NCBI GenBank assembly: GCA_022510405.1 | Contig: JAFLTP010000007.1 | Coordinates: 1,343 to 65,342 of the forward strand | From: Muribaculaceae bacterium | Lineage (GTDB): Bacteria; Bacteroidota; Bacteroidia; Bacteroidales; Muribaculaceae | DNA: 64,000 bases | Direction: 5' to 3' | Shown: positions 50,621 to 60,995 of the stretch, piece after piece | How the letters are laid out: each line of letters starts with the position of its first letter | Numbering within the stretch: the first letter of the stretch is position 1 | Position numbers and translations under genes: made by a program | The notes under the pieces: model-generated | Database searches by the model: none | The model's input: the letters and a program-made list of their open reading frames with translations, nothing else | What the model was told of the DNA's origin: nothing

Positions 50621-52777
50621 CTATTTATCAGATTTGGAGTCAAGAATTTCCTTTAGAGAAATCAGTTCATTACGAAATCTAGCCGCTTCTATGAAGTCTG
50701 TACGTTTGGCAGCCTTAAGCATTTCCTCATTCACCTTTTCAATTCTATGCTTTAACTCATCAACAGACATGTATTCTATAACAGGATCTGCTGCCATACC
50801 CACTTCATGTTCTTCTTCAATATAAGGTTTGGGACCTGCAGTAGAAAGAATTTTACCTTTTGCAGCAGCACGTTTTTCAACAGGAGAAGTAGGAGTTTTA
50901 TGATGACCGGATTTTTGACCAGCATTTTTGAATTTATCACTGATGCTAAGTGGTTCTACTTCTGTAGAATCTCCGCCATACAGAGTGATAAGTTCACGAG
51001 CCGAAGATTTCTTTATGATAGGAGAAGGGGTGATGCCATTTTTCTCATTGTAAAGAATTTGTTTAGCCCGTCTACGCTCCGTTTCATCAATAGTACGTTG
51101 CATACTATCGGTGATTTTGTCGGCATACATAATAACCTTGCCATTGACATTACGCGCCGCACGTCCTGCGGTCTGGGTAAGGGACCTGTGGTTGCGAAGG
51201 AATCCTTCTTTATCAGCATCAAGGATAACAACGAGACTTACCTGAGGTAAATCAAGACCTTCCCTAAGAAGATTAACTCCCACCAAAACATCATATACAC
51301 CGTCTCTAAGGTCTTCAAGAATTCGGATTCTTTCAAGAGTATCCACATCGCTGTGGATATAAGCGCTATTGACACCCCATTTTCTAAGATGCGAATCCAA
51401 TTCTTCGGCCATACGTTTTGTAAGAGTCGTAATTAAGACCCTCTCATTACGTTCAATACGAATACGAACTTCCTCCATTAAATCATCAATCTGATTCATG
51501 GTGGGACGGACATCAATTTCAGGGTCGAGAAGTCCCGTAGGACGTATCACTTGTTCAGTGAAGACCCCTTCACTTTTAATCAATTCATAATCCCCGGGAG
51601 TAGCGCTCACGTAAATTTTCTGAGGAGTTAAGGCTTCAAATTCATCAAATTTAAGAGGGCGGTTGTCAATAGCAGCCGGGAGACGGAAACCATATTCCAC
51701 CAGATTCATTTTACGAGAAAGGTCACCGCCATTCATTCCCCTAAGCTGTGGAATAGTGACATGACTTTCATCAATAATAGTTATGAAGTCACGTGGGAAA
51801 TAATCGAGCAGGCAGAAAGGACGCATACCGGGTTCTCGACCATCGAAATATCGGGAATAGTTTTCGATACCGGAACAATGTCCTATAGATTTCATCATTT
51901 CAAGGTCGTAAGAGACTCTTTCCCGAAGACGATCAGCTTCCAACATCCTACCTTCCTTGGCGAAGAAATCACATTGTTTACCAAGGTCAATTGAAATCTG
52001 GTCAATCGCATTCCCCATTCTCTCCTGTGTAGTTACAAAAATGTTAGCAGGATATATCTTAAATCCTTCGAGATTGGACAAAGTGAGACCTGAAAGAGGG
52101 TCAACGGTCTGGATCTTTTCAATTTCATCCCCCCAGAAAATCACCCTTAACTGTATTTCCTCGAAAGAAAGCATAATATCAAGAGTGTCACCCTTAACAC
52201 GGAATTCACCCGGAGCAAGAGTTATTTCACTGCGAGAATAAAGCGCGTCGACAAGACGACGCATAAGAGTGTTGCGATTGATTTTTTGTCCTACTTTAAT
52301 TTCGATAACACTTTGGGAGAAATCTTCCGGATTTCCCATACCATAAATACAACTGACACTTGAGACCACCACCAAGTCGCGACGTCCGGAGAGCAGAGAA
52401 GCCACTGTAGAAAGCCTAAGACGCTCAATCTGATCATTGATCATCAAATCTTTCTCAATGTATTTATCGCTGGTGGGAATGTAAGCTTCAGGCTGATAAT
52501 AGTCATAATAACTTACGAAATACTGCACTGAATTTTCGGGGAAAAAAGTTTTGAATTCAGAATAAAGTTGCGCAGCCAAAGTTTTATTGTGAGATAGAAT
52601 AAGAGCAGGACGTTTCACCTGTTGAATTACATTCGCCATAGTGAAGGTTTTTCCGGAACCAGTTACACCTAAAAGAGTTTGATGTGGATTACCGGCTTCA
52701 ATACCTTTTACAAGCTCTGAAATAGCTTCAGGTTGATCGCCAGTGGGTTTATAATCAGAAGTAAGTTTATATTCCAT
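50621..52777 (-). CDS. uvrB: Excinuclease ABC subunit B
   Basis: Motifs YKPTGDQPEAI, GVTGSGKT and DESH, plus a C-terminal UVR motif FIEAARFRNEL. The track start at 52798 is a TTG inside the -7 box; the ATG is at 52777. Confidence 0.97.
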   Translation of the reverse strand: MEYKLTSDYKPTGDQPEAISELVKGIEAGNPHQTLLGVTGSGKTFTMANVIQQVKRPALILSHNKTLAAQLYSEFKTFFPENSVQYFVSYYDYYQPEAYIPTSDKYIEKDLMINDQIERLRLSTVASLLSGRRDLVVVSSVSCIYGMGNPEDFSQSVIEIKVGQKINRNTLMRRLVDALYSRSEITLAPGEFRVKGDTLDIMLSFEEIQLRVIFWGDEIEKIQTVDPLSGLTLSNLEGFKIYPANIFVTTQERMGNAIDQISIDLGKQCDFFAKEGRMLEADRLRERVSYDLEMMKSIGHCSGIENYSRYFDGREPGMRPFCLLDYFPRDFITIIDESHVTIPQLRGMNGGDLSRKMNLVEYGFRLPAAIDNRPLKFDEFEALTPQKIYVSATPGDYELIKSEGVFTEQVIRPTGLLDPEIDVRPTMNQIDDLMEEVRIRIERNERVLITTLTKRMAEELDSHLRKWGVNSAYIHSDVDTLERIRILEDLRDGVYDVLVGVNLLREGLDLPQVSLVVILDADKEGFLRNHRSLTQTAGRAARNVNGKVIMYADKITDSMQRTIDETERRRAKQILYNEKNGITPSPIIKKSSARELITLYGGDSTEVEPLSISDKFKNAGQKSGHHKTPTSPVEKRAAAKGKILSTAGPKPYIEEEHEVGMAADPVIEYMSVDELKHRIEKVNEEMLKAAKRTDFIEAARFRNELISLKEILDSKSDK

Positions 52778-52795
52778 TGTTGAGAGAGTATTCTG

Positions 52796-52803
52796 CAAAG
52801 TTA
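52796..52803 (-). promoter_or_regulatory. -7 promoter box (TAACTTTG) for uvrB
   Basis: Perfect TAnnTTTG on the minus strand, 19 nt upstream of the ATG at 52777. Confidence 0.5.
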
Positions 52804-52887
52804 GTAAAGATGGAGAAAATAATAATGCAAGATATGTGCCAAATAAAAAATAATGATAAATATCAATAGAAATAGGTCAAAAAAAGT

Positions 52888-52895
52888 TACCTTTG
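52888..52895 (+). promoter_or_regulatory. -7 promoter box (TACCTTTG) for tpiA
   Basis: Perfect TAnnTTTG, 38 nt upstream of the tpiA ATG. Confidence 0.5.
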
Positions 52896-52932
52896 CAAAT
52901 AGAAAAACAAACACTATAAATACATATAGAGA

Positions 52933-53685
52933 ATGAGAAAGAATATAGTAGCGGGCAACTGGAAAATGAACACAGTTCTCGAAGAAGGTGTTGAACTTGC
53001 CAGCCAAGTGAATGATCTTTTGAAAGAAAAAAAGGCTAACTGCGAAGTGGTGATATGTGTACCCTTCACTCATCTTGTATCCGTAAAAGGAGTTATTGAT
53101 GAACCTTTGAAATTAGGCGCAGAAAACTGCTCTGAACATTCCAAGGGAGCATATACAGGAGAAGTAAGCGCAGCGATGGTAAAATCCACAGGAGCCTCAC
53201 ATGTTATCCTCGGACATAGCGAAAGACGTCAATATTTCGGAGAAAACAATGAACAGCTTCTTAAAAAGACCAAACTTGCACTTGAAAATGGCCTGACACC
53301 CATATTCTGCGTTGGAGAAGTGCTTGAAGAAAGAGAGAATGGCTCATACAATGAAGTTGTAAAAGGTCAAGTAGAAGCCTTATTCGAACTTTCACCTGAA
53401 GATTTCTCAAAAATCGTGATAGCTTATGAACCGGTTTGGGCTATTGGCACCGGCAAGACCGCCACAGCTGACCAAGCTCAAGATATGCACGCCCATATAC
53501 GTAAAGTCATATCTGATAAATATGGCAAAGAAATTGCTGACAATACTTCAATATTGTACGGCGGTTCCTGCAAACCGAGCAATGCTAAAGAATTGTTCAG
53601 CAAGCCGGATGTAGATGGTGGTCTCATAGGTGGAGCATCACTTGAAGCCCCTTCCTTTATGGGTATAGTTGAGGCATTCGACTGA
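52933..53685 (+). CDS. tpiA: Triosephosphate isomerase
   Basis: 250 aa with the motifs [27 protein letters not shown] and YGGS. Confidence 0.97.
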   Translation: MRKNIVAGNWKMNTVLEEGVELASQVNDLLKEKKANCEVVICVPFTHLVSVKGVIDEPLKLGAENCSEHSKGAYTGEVSAAMVKSTGASHVILGHSERRQYFGENNEQLLKKTKLALENGLTPIFCVGEVLEERENGSYNEVVKGQVEALFELSPEDFSKIVIAYEPVWAIGTGKTATADQAQDMHAHIRKVISDKYGKEIADNTSILYGGSCKPSNAKELFSKPDVDGGLIGGASLEAPSFMGIVEAFD

Positions 53686-53697
53686 TAAGAAAATCTG

Positions 53698-54183
53698 ATG
53701 CAAAGAATTTCGTATTTTTTAATAATGATGTTTTCATTTGTTTGGGGATTTACCCAAACAAATGGAAACATTAATCCTATAGAAAAGATAATGGAAGAAT
53801 CAAATGGAAATATCACCATTGAGATTCCTCCATCCATTCTTGAACCAATATTACAACAATCTTCCGGGAAAAAAAATGGACCGGACTTAAAAACCGGTAT
53901 CAACAAAGTGGCTGGATATCGAATCCAAGTTTTCAGCGACGGAAGAAACCAAAGCACTTTGGAAAGCAGGGCAAAGTCTCGAGGAAATATGATCTTAACT
54001 AAATTTCCCAAATATAAAGGCCAGATTTACACTTTTTCAAGTTCACCGAACTGGTATACAAGAATAGGTAATTTCCGTACGGCTTCGGAAGCTAACAGTG
54101 CTTTGACAGAACTTAAGAAGGCATTTCCCAATCTATCATCAGAAATGAGAGTGGTTAAGAGCCAGATTGTAGTAATAAAATAA
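53698..54183 (+). CDS. SPOR-domain protein
   Basis: 161 aa with an N-terminal signal or anchor. The C-terminal SPOR pattern is YRIQVFS........A......F...........WYTRIG.F....EA......LK. Confidence 0.7.
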   Translation: MQRISYFLIMMFSFVWGFTQTNGNINPIEKIMEESNGNITIEIPPSILEPILQQSSGKKNGPDLKTGINKVAGYRIQVFSDGRNQSTLESRAKSRGNMILTKFPKYKGQIYTFSSSPNWYTRIGNFRTASEANSALTELKKAFPNLSSEMRVVKSQIVVIK

Positions 54184-54761
54184 TGAGAGAAGACAAAGAA
54201 AAAATCATTTCCGAATTATCCGGTCATTATCGAGAGATCCTGAAGTTGATAGGAGAGGATCCGGATAGAGAAGGATTGATAAAGACACCGGAAAGAGCGG
54301 CCAAGGCATTATATTCGATAACTGAGGGATATTCTCAATCAGCGCAAGAAATAGCGTCGAAAGCAATATTCGAGCACGACGGCAGCGGGATGGTGATTGT
54401 GAAAGATATAGAATTCTATAGCATGTGCGAACATCATATATTGCCTTTCTTCGGCAAAGTATGTGTGGGCTATTTACCTAAAGGGAAAATCCTTGGATTG
54501 TCAAAATTGGCACGCATTGTAGATGTTTATGCAAAGAGACTTCAAGTGCAGGAACGGCTCACGGCACAAATATGTAGAGAAATATCAGAAATAATACCTA
54601 ATGATGGAGTCATAGTGTGCTGTGAAGGATCCCATTTATGTATGAAAATGCGTGGAGTGGAAAAACAGGATTCAATGACAGTGACTTATGAATCAAGTGG
54701 TAAATTCAAAGAGAATCCGGAACTTAGAAAGGAATTTATGACAGTTTGCGGTATTAAGTAG
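54183..54761 (+). CDS. folE: GTP cyclohydrolase I
   Basis: 192 aa with the motifs TPERAAKA, SMCEHHILPF and RLQVQERLT. Confidence 0.95.
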   Translation: MREDKEKIISELSGHYREILKLIGEDPDREGLIKTPERAAKALYSITEGYSQSAQEIASKAIFEHDGSGMVIVKDIEFYSMCEHHILPFFGKVCVGYLPKGKILGLSKLARIVDVYAKRLQVQERLTAQICREISEIIPNDGVIVCCEGSHLCMKMRGVEKQDSMTVTYESSGKFKENPELRKEFMTVCGIK

Positions 54762-54795
54762 TCGGAATTGATAACATAGAAATGATAAAGAAATA

Positions 54796-54817
54796 AGGCG
54801 ACCTTTTAGGGTCGCCT
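54796..54817. terminator. Shared (bidirectional) terminator hairpin between convergent folE and malQ
   Basis: aggcgacc-ttttag-ggtcgcct is a perfect 8-bp stem with T-rich flanks on both strands. Confidence 0.65.
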
Positions 54818-54841
54818 AATTTATGCTTAAAGGTCTTTATC

Positions 54842-57520
54842 TCAACGTGCGGAAGATATTATGGCGTTACGCATTTCAGTGTTGAAGTCTTTTTGATTCA
54901 AAAGATCTTCCACAGTTAGATGCATTCTGTACCTCCAGTAGTGGGTTGGATTCGCAGGTTCGTTGATTTGATCTTCATGAGGATTTTCCCTACGCAAATT
55001 GCCATCAGCCGACAACCAGTCAGCTAAAGGTATAATACAGAACATAGAAGGAGAATTCAGTTGCAGATCCAGAATTTTCTTGCAAATCCAGGGTTCTGCA
55101 TAATAAGGTGCCTCACCATGTTCATGAAGTGCATTGTTATAGAAACGTTGGGTCACGGCTCTATCAGCCTCCCACCACACTCTAATGCCACCCATGTCAT
55201 GGGTAGATGTGGTGCAAACAGAGAAATAAGGATACCTCCAGGTGTCACCGAATTCAAGTTTAGGATCTTTAGGCATTCTCTGAATTTCGAGAGAAAGGAT
55301 CTCAAGTCTTGACATCACTTCCGGCACGCAGTCAGGAATCATACCGAGATCTTCAGCACAGCAGAGCATACCTGTGGAATCAATGAGTGGAGGAAGCTTC
55401 CACATTGCCTTACCATACCAGAAGTCATTATGACGATGATAGAAGAAGTCGTTGTAAAGGCGATTGAAGCACCATTTTTCGTAATCTGTCAAGACTCTGA
55501 ACTGATAAGTGAACTGAGCTGCGATACGTGGGTGATAATGTCCTTTCTTATATGGATCCTCAATGAAAAGTACGTCATCAATAAGACCAAGAAGAGCCTG
55601 ACTGATGCGATAATTTGTTTCATTGTGCTCAATTGAAGCGAAATATCTTGCCACTTTAAGTTGGGTGTCGACAAAATCTTTGATTTTGTATCTGCCATCA
55701 CCGATATAATCAAGATAAAGGTCTTTTGCTTCTTGAGTGTTGTCGCCGAAAAAGTCAGTAAGCATCCATTCCAGGATCAGAGGTTTAGTCTGAATATCGG
55801 GATTAATCCAGAAATCATATGAATGGCGTAACTCTTCGGGAGAGAAGGGTAGAGCCGGATTGAAATAACCTAAAAGACCATGCAATGCATCCAAAGGAAT
55901 TTGCCATATACGGAAGAATCCAAGGATATGATCAATACGATAAGCATCGAAATACTCAGCCATTTTTCGGAATCGTGCTTTCCACCATTGGAAACCATCT
56001 TTTGCCATCTCTTCCCAGTTATATGTTGGGAAGCCCCAATTCTGCCCGAGAACAGAGAAGTCATCCGGCGGAGCACCAGCCTGACAGTTCATGTTGAATA
56101 ATCTTGGAGATTGCCAAGCATCCGCACTATACCTGCTGATACCAATAGGAATGTCACCTTTTAAAACAACACCTTTTGAATGTGCATAATCACGCACATC
56201 GTGTAATTGTTTGTCAAGATGATATTGCACGAAGTAATGGAAGTTGATTTCTTCAATATGTTCATTACAATAAGCGGAGACTTTGTTATAGTCAAAATTG
56301 GCATATTCGCCCCAAGCATTGTTATCCGGAGTGCCAAATTGACTACATAATACCCTCCAAGCCGAATAAGGCATCAACCACTCAATATTTTTTTCCACGA
56401 ATTCTTTGAATTCTGGAGAGTTAAGGGTATCTTGACCGTTTTGATCGAAAATTTCTTTAAGATATCCGACCTTTAATTTATTGACAGCTTCGTAATCTAC
56501 TTCCTTAAGTTCATTTAGGCGAGCAGACTCTTTCTTATAATAATCCATGCGTTCAGGATCATTCAGAATGCCGACTTCTTCAAGACGAAGGAACATCGGG
56601 TGAAGTGCGAAAGTGGAATTAGCACTATAAGGATAAGAATCAACCCAAGTGTTGGTTTTGGTCGTGTCATTGATAGGAAGCACTTGAAGAATCTTCTGGT
56701 CTGTTAAAACACACCAATCCACCATTTTCTTTAGATCCAGGAAGTCTCCGACACCATTATCTTCGGTTGTTCTTATAGAAAAAACAGGAATAGCCGTTCC
56801 TGCTCCTTTCCAATGATCGCGAGGATTGGCAAAACGTAAACCATCAACCAAAATCAAGCTGCCAGGTTTTTCATTGACAAATCCACATATACGATTATTG
56901 ATGGTTTCCCATGCTACTGCTTCATGCGTGTCTTTTTTAAGCACTACAAATTTATATTCGAAAGGCTGTTTACATTCTGAAAGAGGAATATTGGCAGTCC
57001 ATTCCGGATAATTCGCATCATTCATTATGAGGGATTTTGAAGGCAACCAATTGCCCAAAAGTTTTCCCTCACCGCATATAGCCAAAACTTCATCAGGATA
57101 AACCATAGGAGCGCTGACATGTAGTTGAACACTGTCGGGCAAAGTTGGCAATGGTTTTTCAAGATGAGAACGCTTCAGGATACCGTCAATAAAAGCCGAA
57201 GAATAATAAGGTTTATCAACCGGCATATCCTGCCAGGAACTGAAAATTTTAACTTCAGAAACTCCTTGACAGCCTTCAAAATGATGAGATTTACCCCATT
57301 CGAATCTCCATTCCTTGTCTTTAGATTTTACTACAAAAAAGAAATCGAAAGCCGGTGGAATTTGATCAAATTCCACATCCACTCTCCAAAGATCGGGAGA
57401 AACCAAACTCATTTCGAGAGCCTGCCGTGGGTCACCGGCCCCTAATTGTACCAAATCACCGCAAAGATAAAGTGATTCGCCCCATTGAGTGTGATAATTT
57501 AGATTAAATGAGATTTTCAT
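54842..57520 (-). CDS. malQ: 4-alpha-glucanotransferase (GH77 amylomaltase) with an N-terminal CBM20-like starch-binding module
   Basis: 892 aa with GH77 blocks (RIDH..GFFR, GDIPIG, EDLG) and an N-terminal beta-sandwich region. Confidence 0.9.
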   Translation of the reverse strand: MKISFNLNYHTQWGESLYLCGDLVQLGAGDPRQALEMSLVSPDLWRVDVEFDQIPPAFDFFFVVKSKDKEWRFEWGKSHHFEGCQGVSEVKIFSSWQDMPVDKPYYSSAFIDGILKRSHLEKPLPTLPDSVQLHVSAPMVYPDEVLAICGEGKLLGNWLPSKSLIMNDANYPEWTANIPLSECKQPFEYKFVVLKKDTHEAVAWETINNRICGFVNEKPGSLILVDGLRFANPRDHWKGAGTAIPVFSIRTTEDNGVGDFLDLKKMVDWCVLTDQKILQVLPINDTTKTNTWVDSYPYSANSTFALHPMFLRLEEVGILNDPERMDYYKKESARLNELKEVDYEAVNKLKVGYLKEIFDQNGQDTLNSPEFKEFVEKNIEWLMPYSAWRVLCSQFGTPDNNAWGEYANFDYNKVSAYCNEHIEEINFHYFVQYHLDKQLHDVRDYAHSKGVVLKGDIPIGISRYSADAWQSPRLFNMNCQAGAPPDDFSVLGQNWGFPTYNWEEMAKDGFQWWKARFRKMAEYFDAYRIDHILGFFRIWQIPLDALHGLLGYFNPALPFSPEELRHSYDFWINPDIQTKPLILEWMLTDFFGDNTQEAKDLYLDYIGDGRYKIKDFVDTQLKVARYFASIEHNETNYRISQALLGLIDDVLFIEDPYKKGHYHPRIAAQFTYQFRVLTDYEKWCFNRLYNDFFYHRHNDFWYGKAMWKLPPLIDSTGMLCCAEDLGMIPDCVPEVMSRLEILSLEIQRMPKDPKLEFGDTWRYPYFSVCTTSTHDMGGIRVWWEADRAVTQRFYNNALHEHGEAPYYAEPWICKKILDLQLNSPSMFCIIPLADWLSADGNLRRENPHEDQINEPANPTHYWRYRMHLTVEDLLNQKDFNTEMRNAIISSAR

Positions 57521-57576
57521 GTATGAGTCAAGTTGTTGTTGTTAATGTTGTTGTCGTTTTTAATATTGTTGTTTAA
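57521..57576. repeat. G/T-rich (+ strand) spacer filling the nrdJ-stop to malQ-ATG gap; A/C-rich and nearly G-free on the sense strand
   Basis: gtatgagtcaagttgttgttgttaatgttgttgtcgtttttaatattgttgtttaa has only 2 C in 56 nt and no -7 box. Confidence 0.8.
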
Positions 57577-60132
57577 TTAGCCACAACGCGAAGCGCCGCA
57601 GGAAGTGCAAATGAGACATCCTTCTTGATAAACAAGTGTTTCATTACCACAGTTCGGACATTTATGTCCTTTTGCTTCAGTTCCGTTAGGCAAATATTTT
57701 TTAAGTGCTCTTTCCACGCCATTTTTCCAGGTATTTATATTGGTGGAATCCAACTCGAGACCTCCAACTAATTTTAGAACCTGGTCGATAGGCATACCAT
57801 ATCTTAGCACCCCGGATATTAATTTTGCATAGTTCCAAAATTCCGGATTGAACTTTTCGCTAAGACCTTCTATCGTGGTTTTATATCCACGTTTATTTAT
57901 AAATTGGAAGTCATAACGTTTCTTACCATTTTCATCAGTAGCCTTAATGATTTTACCGTGGGTAACACTCTTGGGACAAAATATTCCATCTTCATCATCA
58001 GCAAGTCCGGTAAAAATTTCATAAGGTTTTCCATCGGCAAGCCCCACAAAAGCAATCCATTTTTCCTTATTATTCTGGAAACGCACCACGTCAGCTTCCA
58101 GTTCAATGGGTCGTTTCACCTCATGGTCAACCGAATGGATAAGGCTTTGTTGATTATCATGGGTTTCGGAAGACTTATTAACAGTTTCGAGAACATTAGA
58201 CCTTGAGCCGTCCCTATAGACAGTGCATCCTTTGCAACCTGACTTCCATGCTTCAGCATAAAGGTTTTCCACCAATTCTTCGGAAACGTCATTTGGGAGA
58301 TTGATAGTTACGCTGATTGAATGGTCAACCCATTTTTGGATAGCGCCCTGCATGCGAACTTTTTCCATCCAATCGACATCTCCTGATGTAGCCTTATAAT
58401 ATGGCGATTTCTTAACAAGCTCATCAATCTCCTCTGCCGACATATTTTTTTTAGGTTCAATGTCATTTATCTTCATCCAAGTCAAGAACTTGTGATGATA
58501 AACGATATATTCCTCAAAAGAGTCGCCCACTTCGTCAACAAAATCAATTCTTACATTCTCATCGGTAGGATTAACTTTTCTACGACGTTTATATACCGGC
58601 ATGAAAACAGGTTCAATACCTGAAGTTGTCTGAGTCATTAGAGAAGTAGTCCCGGTTGGTGCAATCGTAAGACAAGAAATATTCCTGCGACCTACTTTTT
58701 GCATTTTTTCGATCAGTTGAGGGTCAGCTTCTTTGAGACGGTTGATGAAAGGATTGTTTTTCTCCAATTCATAATCAAACACGGAGAAAGGTCCGCGTTG
58801 TTCAGCCAAATTTACTGAAGAACGGTAGTAAGCGAGCGCCAGTTCTTTATGCACATTGACAGAAAAATCAGTGGCTTCTTTAGTTCCATATCTTAAACCC
58901 AGAGCGGCCAACATATCCCCTTCGCCGGTTGTGCCGCAACCGGTACGCCTGCCTTTACCGGTCTTATCCTTGATTTTACGCCAAAGATTCAACTCAGTGC
59001 TTTTCACCTCATCAGGTTCAGGATCTTCCTGGATTTTCTTTATTATTTCATCGATCTTAATCATTTCAAGATCGATAATATCATCCATGATACGCTGGGC
59101 CTTCGACACATGCTGTCGGAAAAGTTCAAAATCGAACTCGGCCTTTTCTGTGAAAGGATTTTTAACGTAACTATATAGATTGATAGCCAGCAGGCGACAA
59201 CTGTCATAGGGACATAAAGGAATTTCTCCACAAGGATTCGTAGAGATAGTTTTAAAGCCCTTATCTGCATAACAATCGGCCACACTTTCACGAGTAATGG
59301 TATCCCAAAATAAAACTCCGGGTTCAGCACTTTGCCAAGCGTTGTGTATGATTTTCTTCCATAAAGCCGAAGCATCAATTTCTTTAGAATAATCAGGATC
59401 AGCAGAATCAACCGGAAATTTCAGTTCGTAGTTCTTTCCAGACAGAGCACTATTCATGAACTCATCATCAATTCTCAAAGAGACATTAGCCCCTGTGATT
59501 TTACCGGGAGTGGATTTTGCATCAACAAAAGCTTCCGAATCCGGATGTTTAATAGAAAGAGTCAGCATCAAAGCACCTCGTCTGCCATCTTGCGCCACTT
59601 CTCGGGTGGAATTGCTATATCGTTCCATAAAAGGAACCACACCGGTTGAGGTCAATGCAGAATTTTTTACAGGAGTACCTTTTGGACGAAGATGGGTTAG
59701 ATCATGTCCAACTCCACCTCTTCTTTTCATTAACTGCACCTGTTCTTCGTCAATTTTGATAATACCTCCATATGAATCCGGAGTCTTATCCAATCCAATC
59801 ACAAAACAATTGGAAAGAGATCCAACCTGATAGTCGTTACCAATACCGGCCATGGGACTGCCTTGTGGCACTATGTATTTAAAATCCTTAAGCACTTCAT
59901 AAATTTCCTCTTCCGACAAAGGAAATGGATATTTAGACTCTACTTGTGCCAAAGAATGTGCGATACGATGATGCATATCATCCGGTGTCTTTTCAAAGAT
60001 ATTTCCAAAAGAATCTTTGAGAGCATATTTTGTGACCCACACACGTGCGGCCAATTGATCACCATTAAAATAATTCAAAGAAGCTTCATAGGCCTCGTCA
60101 TAAGTATAAATAGGATGGTTTAAATCTGACAT
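57577..60132 (-). CDS. nrdJ: Adenosylcobalamin-dependent ribonucleotide reductase (class II)
   Basis: About 851 aa with the active-site region NPCGEI, and a C-terminal Cys-rich tail CPNCG...CLICTSCGASRCG. The track start at 60135 is a TTG; the ATG is at 60132. Confidence 0.92.
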   Translation of the reverse strand: MSDLNHPIYTYDEAYEASLNYFNGDQLAARVWVTKYALKDSFGNIFEKTPDDMHHRIAHSLAQVESKYPFPLSEEEIYEVLKDFKYIVPQGSPMAGIGNDYQVGSLSNCFVIGLDKTPDSYGGIIKIDEEQVQLMKRRGGVGHDLTHLRPKGTPVKNSALTSTGVVPFMERYSNSTREVAQDGRRGALMLTLSIKHPDSEAFVDAKSTPGKITGANVSLRIDDEFMNSALSGKNYELKFPVDSADPDYSKEIDASALWKKIIHNAWQSAEPGVLFWDTITRESVADCYADKGFKTISTNPCGEIPLCPYDSCRLLAINLYSYVKNPFTEKAEFDFELFRQHVSKAQRIMDDIIDLEMIKIDEIIKKIQEDPEPDEVKSTELNLWRKIKDKTGKGRRTGCGTTGEGDMLAALGLRYGTKEATDFSVNVHKELALAYYRSSVNLAEQRGPFSVFDYELEKNNPFINRLKEADPQLIEKMQKVGRRNISCLTIAPTGTTSLMTQTTSGIEPVFMPVYKRRRKVNPTDENVRIDFVDEVGDSFEEYIVYHHKFLTWMKINDIEPKKNMSAEEIDELVKKSPYYKATSGDVDWMEKVRMQGAIQKWVDHSISVTINLPNDVSEELVENLYAEAWKSGCKGCTVYRDGSRSNVLETVNKSSETHDNQQSLIHSVDHEVKRPIELEADVVRFQNNKEKWIAFVGLADGKPYEIFTGLADDEDGIFCPKSVTHGKIIKATDENGKKRYDFQFINKRGYKTTIEGLSEKFNPEFWNYAKLISGVLRYGMPIDQVLKLVGGLELDSTNINTWKNGVERALKKYLPNGTEAKGHKCPNCGNETLVYQEGCLICTSCGASRCG

Positions 60133-60185
60133 CAATAATATTTTTTACCCGTAAAAGGGAGTTTTCTTGCATTTTGATATAATTG

Positions 60186-60193
60186 CAAATTTA
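60186..60193 (-). promoter_or_regulatory. -7 promoter box (TAAATTTG) for nrdJ
   Basis: The + strand caaattta is TAAATTTG on the minus strand, 54 nt upstream of the ATG. Confidence 0.5.
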
Positions 60194-60205
60194 ATCAACT
60201 ATGAT

Positions 60206-60213
60206 TATATTTG
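60206..60213 (+). promoter_or_regulatory. -7 promoter box (TATATTTG) for the nitroreductase gene
   Basis: Perfect TAnnTTTG, 16 nt upstream of the ATG at 60229, divergent from the nrdJ promoter. Confidence 0.5.
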
Positions 60214-60228
60214 CAAAGATAAGTTATA

Positions 60229-60978
60229 ATGAAAATGAGTGAAAATTATTTTTTAACGAGAAGGAGTTGCAGACATTTCAAGGAGGATAAAATCGACAGA
60301 AAAGAACTTGAAGATATTATTTATCAAGCGTCGAAGGCTCCAACTTGTGGCAATATGCAATTATATTCCGTGATAGTGACGGAAGATTGTGAGAACCTAA
60401 AAGAGTTATCAAATTTCCATTATAATCAACCGGCCTCTAAAACAGCACCTTTAATCCTAACCATATGTGCGGATTTCAACCGGTTCACCAACTGGTGTGA
60501 GATTAACCATGCAGATGCCGGATATAATAATTTCCATTCATTTATAACAGCCATGACCGATGCTGTTATTTTTGCTCAACAGATAGTTACAATAGCAGAG
60601 CAAAAAGGATACGGTAGTTGTTATCTTGGCACAGTCACTTATAATGCAAAAGAAATTTCATATCTTTTGAAATTACCGGATCTGGTGGTTCCTGTCGCGT
60701 CTCTTGCAATCGGCAAACCGGAAATTGAAGGAGAATATACTGACAGGTTACCAGTTAACGGCATCATCCATAACGAGTCGTATAAACTACCCTCCGAAAA
60801 TGAAATAAAAAATATATTCTCAACACATGACGATAATCCTGAGAACCAAAAATTCGTAAAAGAGAATGGGAAAGATAACCTTGCCCAGGTTTTTGCGGAA
60901 ATAAGATATCCAAGGGATATGAACGAAAGGGTTTCACAAAGTTTTAAAGAATTGCTTAAAGAGAAAAGGTTTATGTAA
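60229..60978 (+). CDS. Nitroreductase-family NAD(P)H oxidoreductase
   Basis: 249 aa with RRSCRHF...I....I..AS.APTCGNMQ motifs typical of the nitroreductase fold. Confidence 0.8.
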   Translation: MKMSENYFLTRRSCRHFKEDKIDRKELEDIIYQASKAPTCGNMQLYSVIVTEDCENLKELSNFHYNQPASKTAPLILTICADFNRFTNWCEINHADAGYNNFHSFITAMTDAVIFAQQIVTIAEQKGYGSCYLGTVTYNAKEISYLLKLPDLVVPVASLAIGKPEIEGEYTDRLPVNGIIHNESYKLPSENEIKNIFSTHDDNPENQKFVKENGKDNLAQVFAEIRYPRDMNERVSQSFKELLKEKRFM

Positions 60979-60995
60979 TAACCTAATGCATAAGA

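Noticed and set aside
52801-53073. 90-aa minus-strand ORF in the uvrB/tpiA divergent region
   Set aside because: It overlaps the tpiA 5' end and both promoter boxes, and it is an AT-rich hydrophobic artefact.
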